The notes: generated by a model from the letters alone, not told the origin. 64,000 nt of DNA from Ignavibacteria bacterium (GCA_037445895.1 JBBIJO010000004.1:79839-143838); one strand, 5' to 3'. Numbered from the stretch's first letter, positions 48,071 to 59,265 are shown. Numbers and translations are program-made.

Positions 48071-50926
48071 TTTATGGTGGAAAAGAAGAAAATAAGACTA
48101 CACCAAGTAGCTACCGAATTAAATATCGGGAAAGATACTATTGTGGATTTTCTTTTTAAATCGGGTTTTCAAATAACAAACAAGCCAACATCAATTCTCG
48201 ACGATGAAATGATAAATGCAGTAATCAAAAACTTCGTTAAGGAAAAGAAACTTGTAGAAAACCTAAAAAGTAAATTTGGATTAGATTCGCCAACGGTGGC
48301 CGAAGAACCTAAAACACCTGTTACTTTCGGTACACAGACAACTGGAACCAGCAAAGCAGATGAAGACTTGGATAGTTTTTTCGAGGAAAATATTATTACA
48401 GCAGCAACTACCGTAGAAATTCCACCAATTCAAGAAGCTAAAGAATCCGCCAAAGAACCTGAGAAAAAAACCCAAAAAATTGTAGAGCCAGAGATTTCGG
48501 AAGGAGAGCAAGTAGCAATTGAACAAACAAAGTATAAAGTAGGCGATGTGATAGATTTAACCGGGAATGAAAGCCGCCGAGCTAAACCGAAGAAAGATAA
48601 AACAACAGAAAAGCCTTTCGACAAAAGGAAAGTAAAGGATGATGGAAAAGAAACTAAGGAAATTTTAAAACCATCCAAACCCAAAGAAAAAATTAAAGCA
48701 AAGGAGAGGGTAACACAAATCCAAGAGGAACCAAAACCAACCGAAGAGATTATCGAAAAACCGACGAATGAGCAAGAAATCGAGCTTAAAATTCCGGGGG
48801 TTGTCACAATTGAACAGTCGGAGGAGGTTGTCGTTCCTACTAAGAAAAAATATATCGAAGAAACGGAAGAAGAATTCGAAGAAAGCTACGAAGACACCCT
48901 CGTTCAAAGGAAATGGTTCCGCAAGCGTGGTGGTAAAATTCGGCCAGTGAAGGATTTTGGTCCCAAAAAGAAATTAAAGCAGAGGAAGAATTATCGCGAA
49001 GACATAGTTGAAAATGAGGAAGAAATTACACGAACGATAAGAGAAACACTATATGGAATTGCAGAAGAATCCGATGTAAAGAAAAGGGCAAAAATTCGCC
49101 ACCGACGCAAAGACGAGAAATTGGAAAAAGAACATAAGAAAATCGAAGAACTCGAAAAAAGGCAAAAAGTTCTGCAAGTTTCGGAATTTATTACAACTTC
49201 GGAACTTGCGAGTATGATAGGAGTCGAAGCGGCGGAAATTATTAGTAAGGTTTTTCAACTTGGCCTTATTGTTTCGATGAATCAAAGGTTGGATAAAGAC
49301 ACGATAGTCCTGATTGCCGATGATTATGGTTACGAAGTAGAATTTGTCGAGGAAAAGGAGTTACTAATTCAAGAACTTGATTTCGACGATGAGCCTCAGA
49401 CATTGCAACCGCGACCTCCAATTGTTACAATTATGGGGCACGTTGACCACGGCAAGACTTCTCTTTTGGACTACATTCGTAAATCCAACATAGTAGCTGG
49501 GGAAGCCGGGGGAATCACTCAACATATTGGTGCGTATCAAGTGGAAATCCCCGGGAAAGGTTTTATTACTTTTATCGATACTCCCGGGCACGAAGCCTTT
49601 ACAGCTATGCGGGCTCGTGGTGCGATGGTTACCGATATAGTTGTGCTGGTTGTTGCAGCCGACGATGCGGTAATGCCACAAACAATAGAAGCAATTAACC
49701 ATGCACGGGCTGCAAACGTTCCAATTATCGTTGCAATAAACAAAATTGACAAGCCAGATTCTAATCCCGATAGAATTCGCCAGCAATTAGCCGATCTTGG
49801 TATCCTTGTCGAAGAATGGCAAGGAACTCATCAGTCTGTTGAAATTTCCGCAAAATACGGAACAAATGTTGACCTTCTGCTCGAGAAGATACTCCTCGAA
49901 GCCGAACTACTGGAACTGAAAGCAAATCCGCATCGACAAGCTAAGGCTACCATAGTCGAGTCACATCTCGACAAAGGGCGCGGAGCTGTTGCAACTGCAA
50001 TTGTGCAAAAGGGCACTTTAAATATTGGGGATGTTTTTGTATCGGGTTTGACTTATGGTAGGGTCCGCTCGATGTTCGATGAACGCAACAAAAGATTAGA
50101 AACTGCTGGACCTTCGACACCAGTTAGAATTGTTGGATTCGATTTACTGCCCGAAGCCGGTGATGTGCTTTATGTTGTCGAGACCGAACAAATTGCCCGC
50201 GAAATTGCTTACAAACGGCAACAAATAAAACGCGAACAATCGTTGCGACAAATGAAAGTTGTTTCTCTCGATGATTTATCGAAGCAAATCCAACTTGGGA
50301 CTATTAAAGAATTAAACTTAATTTTGAAAACCGATGTTACCGGTTCTCTCGAAGCACTTAGTGAGTCCTTAGTCAAGTTATCCAACGAAGAAGTAAAAGT
50401 TAATATCCTACATAAAGGGGTTGGCAATGTAAACGAGTCCGACGTAACTCTTGCTGCTGCTTCGAATGCAGTCGTTATCGCTTTCCAAGTTTCCTCGACC
50501 GGTGGGGCACGTAAACTCGCCGAAAAACTCTCTATTGAAATTCGGCAATATAATATTATTTATGAATGTATAAACGAAATTAAATTGGCGTTAGAAGGTT
50601 TGTTGAGCCCCGAAATCCAAGAAACCATTACTGCAACGCTCGAGGTTCGACAAACTTTTCATATTAGTAAGGTGGGGACTGTTGCAGGGTGCTATGTTCA
50701 AACTGGAAAAGTTACACGCAGCGACAGAATTCGAGTCCTTCGCGATGGCCTTGTTATACACAAAGGCACAATAGAATCATTAAAACGTGGCAAAGAAGAT
50801 GTGCGCGAAGTCGAAACGGGTTACGAATGTGGAATTATGCTCCACAACTTCAATGATGTCGCTGTAAACGATATTCTCGAAACATATAAACTTGTCGAGA
50901 TTCGTAAGACATTAGAATTTAAATAA
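48071..50926 (+). CDS. infB: Translation initiation factor IF-2
   Basis: IF2_N-like [24 protein letters not shown]-rich linker. G-domain [24 protein letters not shown]. The ORF track starts at 48038, but the ATG at 48071 (MVEKKKIRL) is more plausible. Confidence 0.9.
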   Translation, partial: FMVEKKKIRLHQVATELNIGKDTIVDFLFKSGFQITNKPTSILDDEMINAVIKNFVKEKKLVENLKSKFGLDSPTVAEEPKTPVTFGTQTTGTSKADEDLDSFFEENIITAATTVEIPPIQEAKESAKEPEKKTQKIVEPEISEGEQVAIEQTKYKVGDVIDLTGNESRRAKPKKDKTTEKPFDKRKVKDDGKETKEILKPSKPKEKIKAKERVTQIQEEPKPTEEIIEKPTNEQEIELKIPGVVTIEQSEEVVVPTKKKYIEETEEEFEESYEDTLVQRKWFRKRGGKIRPVKDFGPKKKLKQRKNYREDIVENEEEITRTIRETLYGIAEESDVKKRAKIRHRRKDEKLEKEHKKIEELEKRQKVLQVSEFITTSELASMIGVEAAEIISKVFQLGLIVSMNQRLDKDTIVLIADDYGYEVEFVEEKELLIQELDFDDEPQTLQPRPPIVTIMGHVDHGKTSLLDYIRKSNIVAGEAGGITQHIGAYQVEIPGKGFITFIDTPGHEAFTAMRARGAMVTDIVVLVVAADDAVMPQTIEAINHARAANVPIIVAINKIDKPDSNPDRIRQQLADLGILVEEWQGTHQSVEISAKYGTNVDLLLEKILLEAELLELKANPHRQAKATIVESHLDKGRGAVATAIVQKGTLNIGDVFVSGLTYGRVRSMFDERNKRLETAGPSTPVRIVGFDLLPEAGDVLYVVETEQIAREIAYKRQQIKREQSLRQMKVVSLDDLSKQIQLGTIKELNLILKTDVTGSLEALSESLVKLSNEEVKVNILHKGVGNVNESDVTLAAASNAVVIAFQVSSTGGARKLAEKLSIEIRQYNIIYECINEIKLALEGLLSPEIQETITATLEVRQTFHISKVGTVAGCYVQTGKVTRSDRIRVLRDGLVIHKGTIESLKRGKEDVREVETGYECGIMLHNFNDVAVNDILETYKLVEIRKTLEFK

Positions 50927-50935
50927 GTTGTTTCG

Positions 50936-51298
50936 ATGGGATTCCGAGAAGAGAAAATAGCAAACACCATTAAAAAAGTTCTGTGGCAACCTTTATCGGA
51001 ATTTGCACAGGAGAAAAATGCTGGCCTTGTAACAATCACCGAAGTTAAGATGTCTCCCGATTTGTCGATTGCTAAGATTTACGTGAGTACTTATGGTGGT
51101 AAAATTTCACCACAAACATTTATTAATTTACTCGATGAAGATAAGTCGCATTTGCGTCGGTTGGTAGGAGCAAATGTTCGTTTGCGTTTAACTCCTGAGC
51201 TTCGATTTTACTACGATGATTCCCTCGATAAAATCGAATACATTGAAAAACTATTGGAAGAAGCCAAAAGTGGAAAAACCAAAAACGAACACAGTTGA
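50936..51298 (+). CDS. rbfA: Ribosome-binding factor A
   Basis: 120 aa; KH-like RbfA signature (…VTITEVKMSPDLSIAKIYVS…YDDSLD); conserved position after infB. Confidence 0.8.
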   Translation: MGFREEKIANTIKKVLWQPLSEFAQEKNAGLVTITEVKMSPDLSIAKIYVSTYGGKISPQTFINLLDEDKSHLRRLVGANVRLRLTPELRFYYDDSLDKIEYIEKLLEEAKSGKTKNEHS

Positions 51299-51638
51299 AA
51301 AAGGACGTCAAGGCGAACAAATAGCACTCGATTTTCTTCAATCCAAAGGCTACAAAATTATCAAACAAAATTTCCATTTTGGTCGATATGGCGAAATCGA
51401 TTTAATTGGAGAAAAGGATAATACATTAATTTTTTTTGAAGTTAAAGTGCAAACAACGGATGCTTTTGGTGATCCTCGGTATTGGATAACACCTTCGAAA
51501 CAAGAGAAACTTCGGAAAGCTGCAAATGGTTACCTTTATATAAACAAAATCGAAGATAGTAATTGCCGTTTTGATGCAATTGTAATCGACTTGCGCACTA
51601 CCCCCCCACAAATTGAACACATAAAAAATGCATTTTGA
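51270..51638 (+). CDS. yraN: YraN-family (UPF0102) endonuclease-like protein
   Basis: GEQIALDFLQSKGYKIIKQNFHFGRYGEIDLIGEKDNTLIFFEVKV matches the YraN/UPF0102 core. It lies in a different frame, overlapping the rbfA 3' end. The start is uncertain (GTG 51270 or ATG 51216). Confidence 0.6.
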   Translation: MEKPKTNTVEKGRQGEQIALDFLQSKGYKIIKQNFHFGRYGEIDLIGEKDNTLIFFEVKVQTTDAFGDPRYWITPSKQEKLRKAANGYLYINKIEDSNCRFDAIVIDLRTTPPQIEHIKNAF

Positions 51639-51697
51639 TGTCTATTCCTTTAAACTTTTTTATAATTTTGTAAGTTGTTAAGAAATAAAAGGAATTT

Positions 51698-52300
51698 ATG
51701 ATTAATATTCTTACTCATCCATTTTTGGAACATTACTTAACTATTCTACGAACTAAGCCTTCATTGTCTCATTTCCGTTTTTCGCTTGGAAAAATTTCCC
51801 ATATTGTTTCGGTGTTGGCTACTGCGGATTTACCTGTCGAAGAAATCCATAACTTAGAAGACGAAAGCAGAACTTACTCGAAATATACGGAAAAAACCTT
51901 CTTATTGCCAATTGTTCCTTCTGGTTTGCCTTTGGAAGAAGCCTTCCGTGGTATTCTACCTAATTCGCAAATAGGATTTGTAGCCTACACCAGTAATGCC
52001 GATGGAACATACGATGAAAGCATTTGTTTTCTCCCCGAAAATATTAAGGATAGCAGGACTTTTATCTTGGATTTTGGTATTTCGAGTGGTGGGACAATTA
52101 GTTCCGTAATTTCTCGACTTCAATTCGAGGAGGTTTCCCTGATTTCCGTCGTTGCAATTTTTGCAACTGCCGAAGGTATCGAAAAAATTCACTCGGAATT
52201 TCCCGATGTTCCAATTACAATTTGTTCGCTTGAAAGTGTAGATGGCAGTGGACGATTTTTTAATATTTCAGATTATTTTGTAAGTTATAATAAAACATAA
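51698..52300 (+). CDS. Uracil phosphoribosyltransferase-like protein (divergent Upp homolog)
   Basis: Collinear with Upp: N-terminus HPFLEHYLTILRTK (compare HPLVKHKLGLMR), ATADL, and a PRPP-loop position ILDFGISSGGT replacing the canonical DPMLATGGS. Confidence 0.5.
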   Translation: MINILTHPFLEHYLTILRTKPSLSHFRFSLGKISHIVSVLATADLPVEEIHNLEDESRTYSKYTEKTFLLPIVPSGLPLEEAFRGILPNSQIGFVAYTSNADGTYDESICFLPENIKDSRTFILDFGISSGGTISSVISRLQFEEVSLISVVAIFATAEGIEKIHSEFPDVPITICSLESVDGSGRFFNISDYFVSYNKT

Positions 52301-52320
52301 ATATATAAGGGGTTATTAAG

Positions 52321-52755
52321 ATGAGAATTTTATTTTCGAAGCAAGCAGAATTAGGAATCAAAGCAGTCCTTTTCCTTTCGGTTAAGCCCAAAGGCTATTT
52401 GCATAATGCAAGCGAGATTTCGAAAGAGCTTAAAGTTCCAAAAGAATTTGTTGCGAAGATTCTTCAAAAACTTACTCACGATGGAATTGTAGTATCGAAA
52501 AAAGGGAAGACTGGCGGTTTCGCTTTGAAGAAACATCCTCGCGAGATTAAGCTACTCGAAATCATAACCAGCATCGATGGAAATAAAGCTTTCGAACAAT
52601 GTGTTCTCGGATTTGAATATTGTTCCGACGAACATCCTTGTCCGATTCATACCAAATGGGCTTCGATGCGCGAAAGTATAATGGAGATGTTATCCGAAAA
52701 GTCTATAGCCGATTTTCGTGATGCAACAATAAGGAAACTTCAAACACTAAGATGA
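52321..52755 (+). CDS. Rrf2-family transcriptional regulator
   Basis: N-terminal wHTH (LGIKAVLFLS...ISKELKVPKEFVAKILQKLTHDGIV). Three C-terminal Cys (CVLGFEYCSDEHPCP) suggest Fe-S ligands as in IscR. Confidence 0.75.
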   Translation: MRILFSKQAELGIKAVLFLSVKPKGYLHNASEISKELKVPKEFVAKILQKLTHDGIVVSKKGKTGGFALKKHPREIKLLEIITSIDGNKAFEQCVLGFEYCSDEHPCPIHTKWASMRESIMEMLSEKSIADFRDATIRKLQTLR

Positions 52756-53972
52756 AAGAACGAGACCCTAAAATCTATGCTATTTCTTTCAATTCTGCGG
52801 TAGTGTTAGGAATTATAGGATTCATTGCTTTCCTGTATTTTACGAATCAACTTCTAAATCCATTGATAATTTTTCTTGTGGGAATGGCGATTATTTTTCC
52901 TTTTCGCAAAGAATCGCAATTCATCAAAAGATTAATTTTGCTTTTTGCTATTTTTTTTGTTCTCTGGATTCTTTCGATAATCGGTTCCTCGATTGCACCA
53001 TTTGCTATTGCATTTATTATTGCATATCTTCTCGACCCTATTGTCAAGGTTCTACAGAAGCGGGGAATCGCCCGTTGGTTTTCTTCGTTTGCTATTGTGC
53101 TCATTCTAATTGGGCTTTCGACGACGGTTTTTGTGCTTATCTCGCCTCATTTGTTTAATCAACTTAATGCTATAACAACCAAAGTCTCTTCGATTTTTAC
53201 GACTGTAACAAGTTATCTCGAAACGCAAAAGGTTACAAATCTTTTGGATTCAATCGGAATCCACAACGAAAAATTGAAAAATTTGATTGAAACGGAGTTT
53301 CTTCCCGAATTAAAATTCCTGATTTCCTCTATCATTACGTCTTTGAGCAACTTACTTGTTGGATTATCTTCTATTGCAAAGCAAATTGTTAATGCTATTC
53401 TTATCCCTATTTTCTCGTTTTACTTTCTCAAAGATTTCGATAAGTTTCGGATGTTTATAGTTACTGTTCTCGAAAAGAAAAATCAAAAGTTGCTCTACGA
53501 TATGACGCGGATTAATAGTATATTTCGGGTTTACGTCGGGTGGCAAGTTTTTGCTGCTATTATGGTTGGAAGTCTTTGTTCGCTTTCTTTTTGGTTGTTC
53601 GGTGTTGAATTTTCTATAATTCTTGGGATTCTTTGTGGCTTTTTGAACCCAATTCCTTATCTTGGATTAATTTCGAGCTTGGTTATTTCCGTGTTAACGA
53701 TTCTTTTAGTTGCTCCCAGCAATATGCTATATCAAATAATTGTTGTTGTAGCAACAATCCTTATTATTCACTTCATCAATGCCTATTTTATTGAGCCAAA
53801 TGTGCTCGGGAAACGAGTTGGTTTGCATCCGTTGGTTCTGTTTCTGTCCTTATTTATTTTTGGTGGGCTCTTTGGGCTTCTTGGATTGTTGATTGCTGTG
53901 CCAACAACGGCTGCTTTGATGCTCTTCCTCAACGATTGGACAGAAAAGATTGGAGTCAACTCGGGTTTATAA
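52752..53972 (+). CDS. AI-2E family transporter (UPF0118/PerM-type permease)
   Basis: About 400 aa, 8 TM segments, with the typical long loop and conserved region NPIPYLGLISSLV...LIAVPTTAAL. Confidence 0.7.
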   Translation: MKERDPKIYAISFNSAVVLGIIGFIAFLYFTNQLLNPLIIFLVGMAIIFPFRKESQFIKRLILLFAIFFVLWILSIIGSSIAPFAIAFIIAYLLDPIVKVLQKRGIARWFSSFAIVLILIGLSTTVFVLISPHLFNQLNAITTKVSSIFTTVTSYLETQKVTNLLDSIGIHNEKLKNLIETEFLPELKFLISSIITSLSNLLVGLSSIAKQIVNAILIPIFSFYFLKDFDKFRMFIVTVLEKKNQKLLYDMTRINSIFRVYVGWQVFAAIMVGSLCSLSFWLFGVEFSIILGILCGFLNPIPYLGLISSLVISVLTILLVAPSNMLYQIIVVVATILIIHFINAYFIEPNVLGKRVGLHPLVLFLSLFIFGGLFGLLGLLIAVPTTAALMLFLNDWTEKIGVNSGL

Positions 53973-54209
53973 AAAGCTTTCCAAAACGAAACCGTTCGAT
54001 GAAAAGTATTTACACTGGCTTTGCATAGATAGTAACTATCCAACTATTATTGGTGTTGTTCATAACAGGTTCATTTTGAGCAAAATGCAGGTGTGGTGCA
54101 AGCATTGTCAATAGTTGTTTTTTATTCGTTAAAATCCTACTTCGAGTTGGATAATTCTTTCCTTTTTTTTCGGTAAATTATATTTGGTTATTGGAAAAAT
54201 TTTCTGGAA

Positions 54210-57200
54210 ATGGAGTTTGTTCATTTACACAATCATACACATTATTCTTTGCTCGATGCAGCTGCTACGGTCGACGATTTAATACGTGCAGCAGTTGAAA
54301 ATGGGCATAAATCAGTTGCACTTACCGACCATGGTGTAATGTTCGGTAGTATGGAGTTCTACCACAAAGCAAAAGCAAAAGGACTCAAGCCTGTTATTGG
54401 TTTCGAGGCTTATGTTGCAACTGGAAGTCGTTTCGAAAAAACTGCTGGAAAGAAAAATAGTAAGAAGAAGAACTACTATCATCTACTTCTGTTGGCAAAG
54501 GATATGGAAGGATACCATAATCTTATAAAACTTACTACCTATGCACATCTCGAAGGTTTTTATTATAAACCAAGAATCGACCGTGAACTGCTCGAAAGAT
54601 ACCACAAAGGCATTATTGCTTGTAGCGGTTGCCTAAATGGAGTTGTAAGTGCTCATATAGTAAATGGAGAATTAAATAAAGCAAAAGAACAAGCACAATT
54701 TTACAAAGAGTTATTCAACGATGATTTTTATATCGAAATACAAAATCATCATTTACCAGAAGATGATGGAATACTTCGCCATGCACCCGAAATAGCAAAG
54801 GAATTTGGAATAAAACTTGTTGCAACAAATGATGTCCATTACATAAAGAAAGAACATGCAATTGCACATAATGTATATTTGAACATAAAAACTGCAAGCG
54901 AAAATCCGAATGGAATAATTGACATAAAAAAACTGCGTTATCGTTCTCCAGAACTCTATTATAAAACAACCGACGAAATGGTGAGCCTTTTTCCCAACTA
55001 CCCAGAAGCGATTAAAAATACGGTTGAAATTGCTTCGAAGTGTAACCTATCGTTTGCAAAGAAAATCTATATGCCCGAATTTAAAATCCCCAAGGATTCG
55101 CCAGCCCAATCGCTCGACGAATATTTACGCTTGAAAACTTTCGAAGGTCTAAAACATCGTTACAACGATATTACTGACGAAATCCAACAACGTACCGAAT
55201 ATGAGTTAGGGGTTATTTGCAAGATGCAATTTTCTGGATACTTTCTTATAGTTTCAGATTTTGTTCAAGCTGCGAAAAACCTTGGGATTCGCGTTGGTCC
55301 CGGGCGTGGTTCTGTGGCTGGGAGCATAGTTGCTTTCGCTTTGGGAATTACAAATATTGACCCAATAAAATATGGTCTGCTTTTTGAACGATTTTTAAAC
55401 CCCGATAGAATCTCGATGCCAGACATTGATATCGACTTTTGCGATACGAAAAGGGATAAAATCATAGAATATGTAAAATCTAAATATGGAGAAAATTCGG
55501 TAGCACAGATAATAACATTTGGGAAGCTTTCGTCGCGGGCTGTGTTGAAAGATGTTGGACGCATTCTTGGAATACATCATCAAGAAATAAATAAAATTAC
55601 AGCAAAAATTCCTGTTGTTATGGGAAAAGTAACTCCGCTATCCGAAGCTTTAGAACTTCCCGATTTGAGGGACTTTAAAGAAACTACAGACATTAAAAAA
55701 AAGCGATTGATTGAATATTCGCTTCTTCTCGAGGGTTTGTATCGTCATACTTCGACCCACGCTGCTGGTGTAGTTATTGCACCGGGTAACGTGAGCGATT
55801 ATGTTCCATTATACTTACAACCCAGTAGCAGCGAAAATGCTTCCCCAGAAATTTCAACTCAATATAGTATGGGTGAACTCGAGGATGCTGGGTTGATAAA
55901 GATGGACTTTCTGGGGCTCCGAACATTATCGATTTTAGACAACACTATCGAAATGATAGAAGAAAATCATAAAGTAAAAATCGATATAGACAACATTCCT
56001 TTGGACGATGGGAGAACATTCGAGTTGTTTTCGCAAGGCAAAACTCTTGCAATTTTCCAATTTGAATCCTCGGGGATGCAAGATTATCTTCGCCAACTTA
56101 AACCCAGTAATATACTCGAACTTAGCGATATGAATGCTCTTTATCGCCCCGGTCCAATGGCAAATATCCCCGATTATATCGACCGAAAGTATCGGAGGAA
56201 GGAAGTAACCTATTTGCATCCATTAATGGAAAATACGTTAAAGGACACGTATGGAATCATTGTTTATCAAGAGCAAGTAATGCAATTGGCTCGTGATATT
56301 GCCGGATTTAGTCTTGCCGATGCAGATATACTTCGCCGAGCGATGGGTAAAAAGAAACAAGAAGTAATGGAGAAAATGAAGCCAGCATTCATCGAGGGAG
56401 CCAAACACAATGGGATTAACAAAGAACTTGCAACGGAAATATTCGACTTGATAGAACGGTTTGCAAATTATGGCTTCAATAAATCGCATTCGTTGGCTTA
56501 TGCTTTCCTTGCATATCAAACTGCTTGGCTCAAAGCCCATTATCCTGCCGAATTCCTTGCTGCCAATATGAATGCAGAAATATCGAATAGCGAAAAGATA
56601 CCACAATTGATTGAGGAAGCAAAAAGTCTCGGGATTACCGTCGTCCCACCCGATATAAACCGCTCGTTTTCTCGCTTTGTTGCCATCGATTCGAAAACAA
56701 TTCTTTTCGGGTTGGCTGGAATCAAAAATGTTGGCACTCGTGTTGAAGAGACCATTGTTGCTGCTCGCCAAGATAAACCGTTTACGTCATTTTTCAATTT
56801 TGTTTCCCGAGTCGATACAAGAATTATCAATCGGAAAGTACTCGAAGCTCTTGTCGCTGCGGGAGCTTTCGACGCAATCGAAAATGCTCGTAGGGCTCCA
56901 CTTATGGCTGCAATAGACGTTGCACTCGAGTTTTCGCGTAAAATGCAGGATTCAAACGGTCAAAACGAATCGAATCTTTTTGGTGATAGGGAAACAAACT
57001 CCGAGTTTATCGTTGAACCTCAAATCCCAGACGTAGCGGAGTGGACGTTGAAAGAAAAACTTGCCAAGGAAAAAGAATTTCTGAATTTTTATCTGAGTGG
57101 TCATCCCCTCGACCGATTTAGAGTGCTCGCCGAGCTACTTTCGACTTCGAAATTGAACGATTTCGAAACACCTTCGCTTGCCTCTGTTGTTCGAGTGTGT

Positions 57201-57680
57201 GGAGTAGTTTTGCAAATTTCAACAAAAATTGATAGGAATAACCAAAAATTTGCCTTCGTAAATATCGAGGATTTCTATTCGAAGGCAGAATGTGTTGTAT
57301 GGAGCGATACCTATGCCCGTTATTTTAAATATTTGGAAGAAGGGAATATTGTTATGGTAATTGGTAAACCAGAGGTACGCGAAAACAATGTTAAAATCTT
57401 TGTTAGCGAAATCTATGGAATTGAAGAGGCAGGGAACAAATTCATCCAGGGATTTCATATATCTTTGAACGTAAACGACTCGAATCGTTCTAAAATCGAA
57501 GAATTATCCCAACTTTGCAGTAAGCCCGATTCTTCGAAACGCTTCGTATTTATTATTAAGGACAATGGTAGTCGAAAAGCCTATTTAGCAGAAGATGTAA
57601 AGTTCGAGATTTCGGAGAACAATATCAGAAAATTATTTGAACTTTTTGGCGAATCGAATGTTAAAGTTATTCAAAATTAG
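54210..57680 (+). CDS. dnaE: DNA polymerase III alpha subunit
   Basis: PHP domain FVHLHNHTHYSLLDAA; polymerase core (FDFCDTKRD, GLLKMDFLGLRTLS); OB-fold C-terminal region; 1156 aa. Confidence 0.95.
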   Translation: MEFVHLHNHTHYSLLDAAATVDDLIRAAVENGHKSVALTDHGVMFGSMEFYHKAKAKGLKPVIGFEAYVATGSRFEKTAGKKNSKKKNYYHLLLLAKDMEGYHNLIKLTTYAHLEGFYYKPRIDRELLERYHKGIIACSGCLNGVVSAHIVNGELNKAKEQAQFYKELFNDDFYIEIQNHHLPEDDGILRHAPEIAKEFGIKLVATNDVHYIKKEHAIAHNVYLNIKTASENPNGIIDIKKLRYRSPELYYKTTDEMVSLFPNYPEAIKNTVEIASKCNLSFAKKIYMPEFKIPKDSPAQSLDEYLRLKTFEGLKHRYNDITDEIQQRTEYELGVICKMQFSGYFLIVSDFVQAAKNLGIRVGPGRGSVAGSIVAFALGITNIDPIKYGLLFERFLNPDRISMPDIDIDFCDTKRDKIIEYVKSKYGENSVAQIITFGKLSSRAVLKDVGRILGIHHQEINKITAKIPVVMGKVTPLSEALELPDLRDFKETTDIKKKRLIEYSLLLEGLYRHTSTHAAGVVIAPGNVSDYVPLYLQPSSSENASPEISTQYSMGELEDAGLIKMDFLGLRTLSILDNTIEMIEENHKVKIDIDNIPLDDGRTFELFSQGKTLAIFQFESSGMQDYLRQLKPSNILELSDMNALYRPGPMANIPDYIDRKYRRKEVTYLHPLMENTLKDTYGIIVYQEQVMQLARDIAGFSLADADILRRAMGKKKQEVMEKMKPAFIEGAKHNGINKELATEIFDLIERFANYGFNKSHSLAYAFLAYQTAWLKAHYPAEFLAANMNAEISNSEKIPQLIEEAKSLGITVVPPDINRSFSRFVAIDSKTILFGLAGIKNVGTRVEETIVAARQDKPFTSFFNFVSRVDTRIINRKVLEALVAAGAFDAIENARRAPLMAAIDVALEFSRKMQDSNGQNESNLFGDRETNSEFIVEPQIPDVAEWTLKEKLAKEKEFLNFYLSGHPLDRFRVLAELLSTSKLNDFETPSLASVVRVCGVVLQISTKIDRNNQKFAFVNIEDFYSKAECVVWSDTYARYFKYLEEGNIVMVIGKPEVRENNVKIFVSEIYGIEEAGNKFIQGFHISLNVNDSNRSKIEELSQLCSKPDSSKRFVFIIKDNGSRKAYLAEDVKFEISENNIRKLFELFGESNVKVIQN

Positions 57681-57739
57681 GCTTATGTTTGAATATTTTA
57701 TTATCTTGCATCGGTTTAAAATTCATTTAAGGTATTAAT

Positions 57740-57925
57740 ATGGATACATTGAAAAAAATTATTTCTTTTGCTCTTGCAATCGGGGTTTCGATTTTGATTT
57801 TCTACGCTTTTTTTGCCCTATTTAGAATTGCGTTCAAAGTGGTTTTCGATTTATTCTTCATTGCTGTGATTGTTTTAGTTGCCCTTCCCTTTTATGTGAT
57901 AATCAAGCGAAAATTGCTAAAATAG
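57740..57925 (+). CDS. Small two-TM membrane protein (hypothetical)
   Basis: 61 aa, two hydrophobic helices, positively charged C-terminus; lies 10 nt upstream of the next gene. Confidence 0.35.
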   Translation: MDTLKKIISFALAIGVSILIFYAFFALFRIAFKVVFDLFFIAVIVLVALPFYVIIKRKLLK

Positions 57926-57935
57926 GGACTATCGT

Positions 57936-59264
57936 ATGAAACGAATTATCTTCTCGTTTGTCTTCTTTGCTTTTTTTGTGTATAATTTACAATGTGAATT
58001 TAACTACCCCCACGCAAGCAACGAAACTATATTGCTTGCACGTGCGCTGAGTAAGGGCATTTTCGAACTTAATGGAGTTCCTTATACACAGCCCCTTGTC
58101 GAAGTTGTCAATACAACTTCTAATTCAAGATTTTTTTCCTCTGCATACCTACACAAAGGCTCAGACAATCTTTATATTAAAATAAGTGTGAATGGGATGT
58201 TTGGGATTGTTCCGGATAGCAAAAAAGAATATGTTCCCCAATTTCCCACTGAACCCTTGCCGTCCGATATTGGGCAACTTGTTTCGAAACTTTCACAATA
58301 CGTCGAGCTCGATTTGTCGAATCCTATGCAACCAAAGGTAAAATCGTTGAAGGATACATCGGGGTTAATTTACTACGCCTTCAAAACATTAATGTATGAT
58401 GGCATTCAAAAGGGGAAAATAACGCTCCCTAAGCGTGCTCCAACAATTCTTGGTTCCGGACGGGTAGCATTAGAACTTTCTCACGATTCAATCCTTAGCA
58501 TTATGGAAGAAAATCTGATTTTTTCTTTGCCTTCTCAACAACTTAGAGACTCTATTTTTAGCTATCTTCAAAACTTTCCAGAAAAATTCGACTTGCCGGC
58601 GGGCGCAAATATTAACAAAATTGTTGCAGGTATTCCCCAAATCGAATTTGGTTCAGTATATGGGACAGAATTGCTTTTGCGTTTTATTCCGCCGGTCGAT
58701 TTAGGTAAAAATATTGGGAGATTCACATTTTGGGGCATTGGAATTCGCCATAGCATTAGTCAGTATATATCGGAGCCATTTGTTGATATTGCTTTGCAAC
58801 TTGCTTATCAGGGAACAAACTTGCGAAACGAAATTGGAGTGACAAATGCCAAACTCGTAACTAACGGAGCATTCTGGAATGCTAACATACATTTCAGCAA
58901 AAAGTTTGGTAAATATTTCGAAGCCTATTCGGGACTTTCCTACGAAAAATTGAATATAAACTCTGATTTTACTTTCGAATTACCGCGCAACGTCCAACTC
59001 CAATTGGGACTAATATATTTGTACGACGACAAAGACAACGACGACCCAAACGACGATATTATAGGGCTGAATCCTGAGCTCGGGTATAATGGAGACCCTT
59101 ATGGTCCAATGAACCAAAATGTTGTGCTTGCGGATAATAATCTTAAATGGACAATTGGCATACTTGGAAATTTCGACCCTATGTATGTTTACTTCGATTT
59201 CAATCTGAGTAAAATAAATATATTTACTTTTGGAATAATGTATAAATTTGATATAAAAAAATAG
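57936..59264 (+). CDS. Hypothetical secreted/outer-membrane protein
   Basis: Signal peptide; Asp-rich loop DDKDNDDPNDD; beta-rich C-terminus ending ...FGIMYKFDIKK. Confidence 0.45.
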   Translation: MKRIIFSFVFFAFFVYNLQCEFNYPHASNETILLARALSKGIFELNGVPYTQPLVEVVNTTSNSRFFSSAYLHKGSDNLYIKISVNGMFGIVPDSKKEYVPQFPTEPLPSDIGQLVSKLSQYVELDLSNPMQPKVKSLKDTSGLIYYAFKTLMYDGIQKGKITLPKRAPTILGSGRVALELSHDSILSIMEENLIFSLPSQQLRDSIFSYLQNFPEKFDLPAGANINKIVAGIPQIEFGSVYGTELLLRFIPPVDLGKNIGRFTFWGIGIRHSISQYISEPFVDIALQLAYQGTNLRNEIGVTNAKLVTNGAFWNANIHFSKKFGKYFEAYSGLSYEKLNINSDFTFELPRNVQLQLGLIYLYDDKDNDDPNDDIIGLNPELGYNGDPYGPMNQNVVLADNNLKWTIGILGNFDPMYVYFDFNLSKINIFTFGIMYKFDIKK

Positions 59265-59265
59265 T

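Noticed and set aside
48169-50427. Multiple minus-strand ORFs inside infB and similar ones inside dnaE (54715-57458)
   Set aside because: They are antisense to highly conserved essential genes with clear motifs. These are shadow ORFs.
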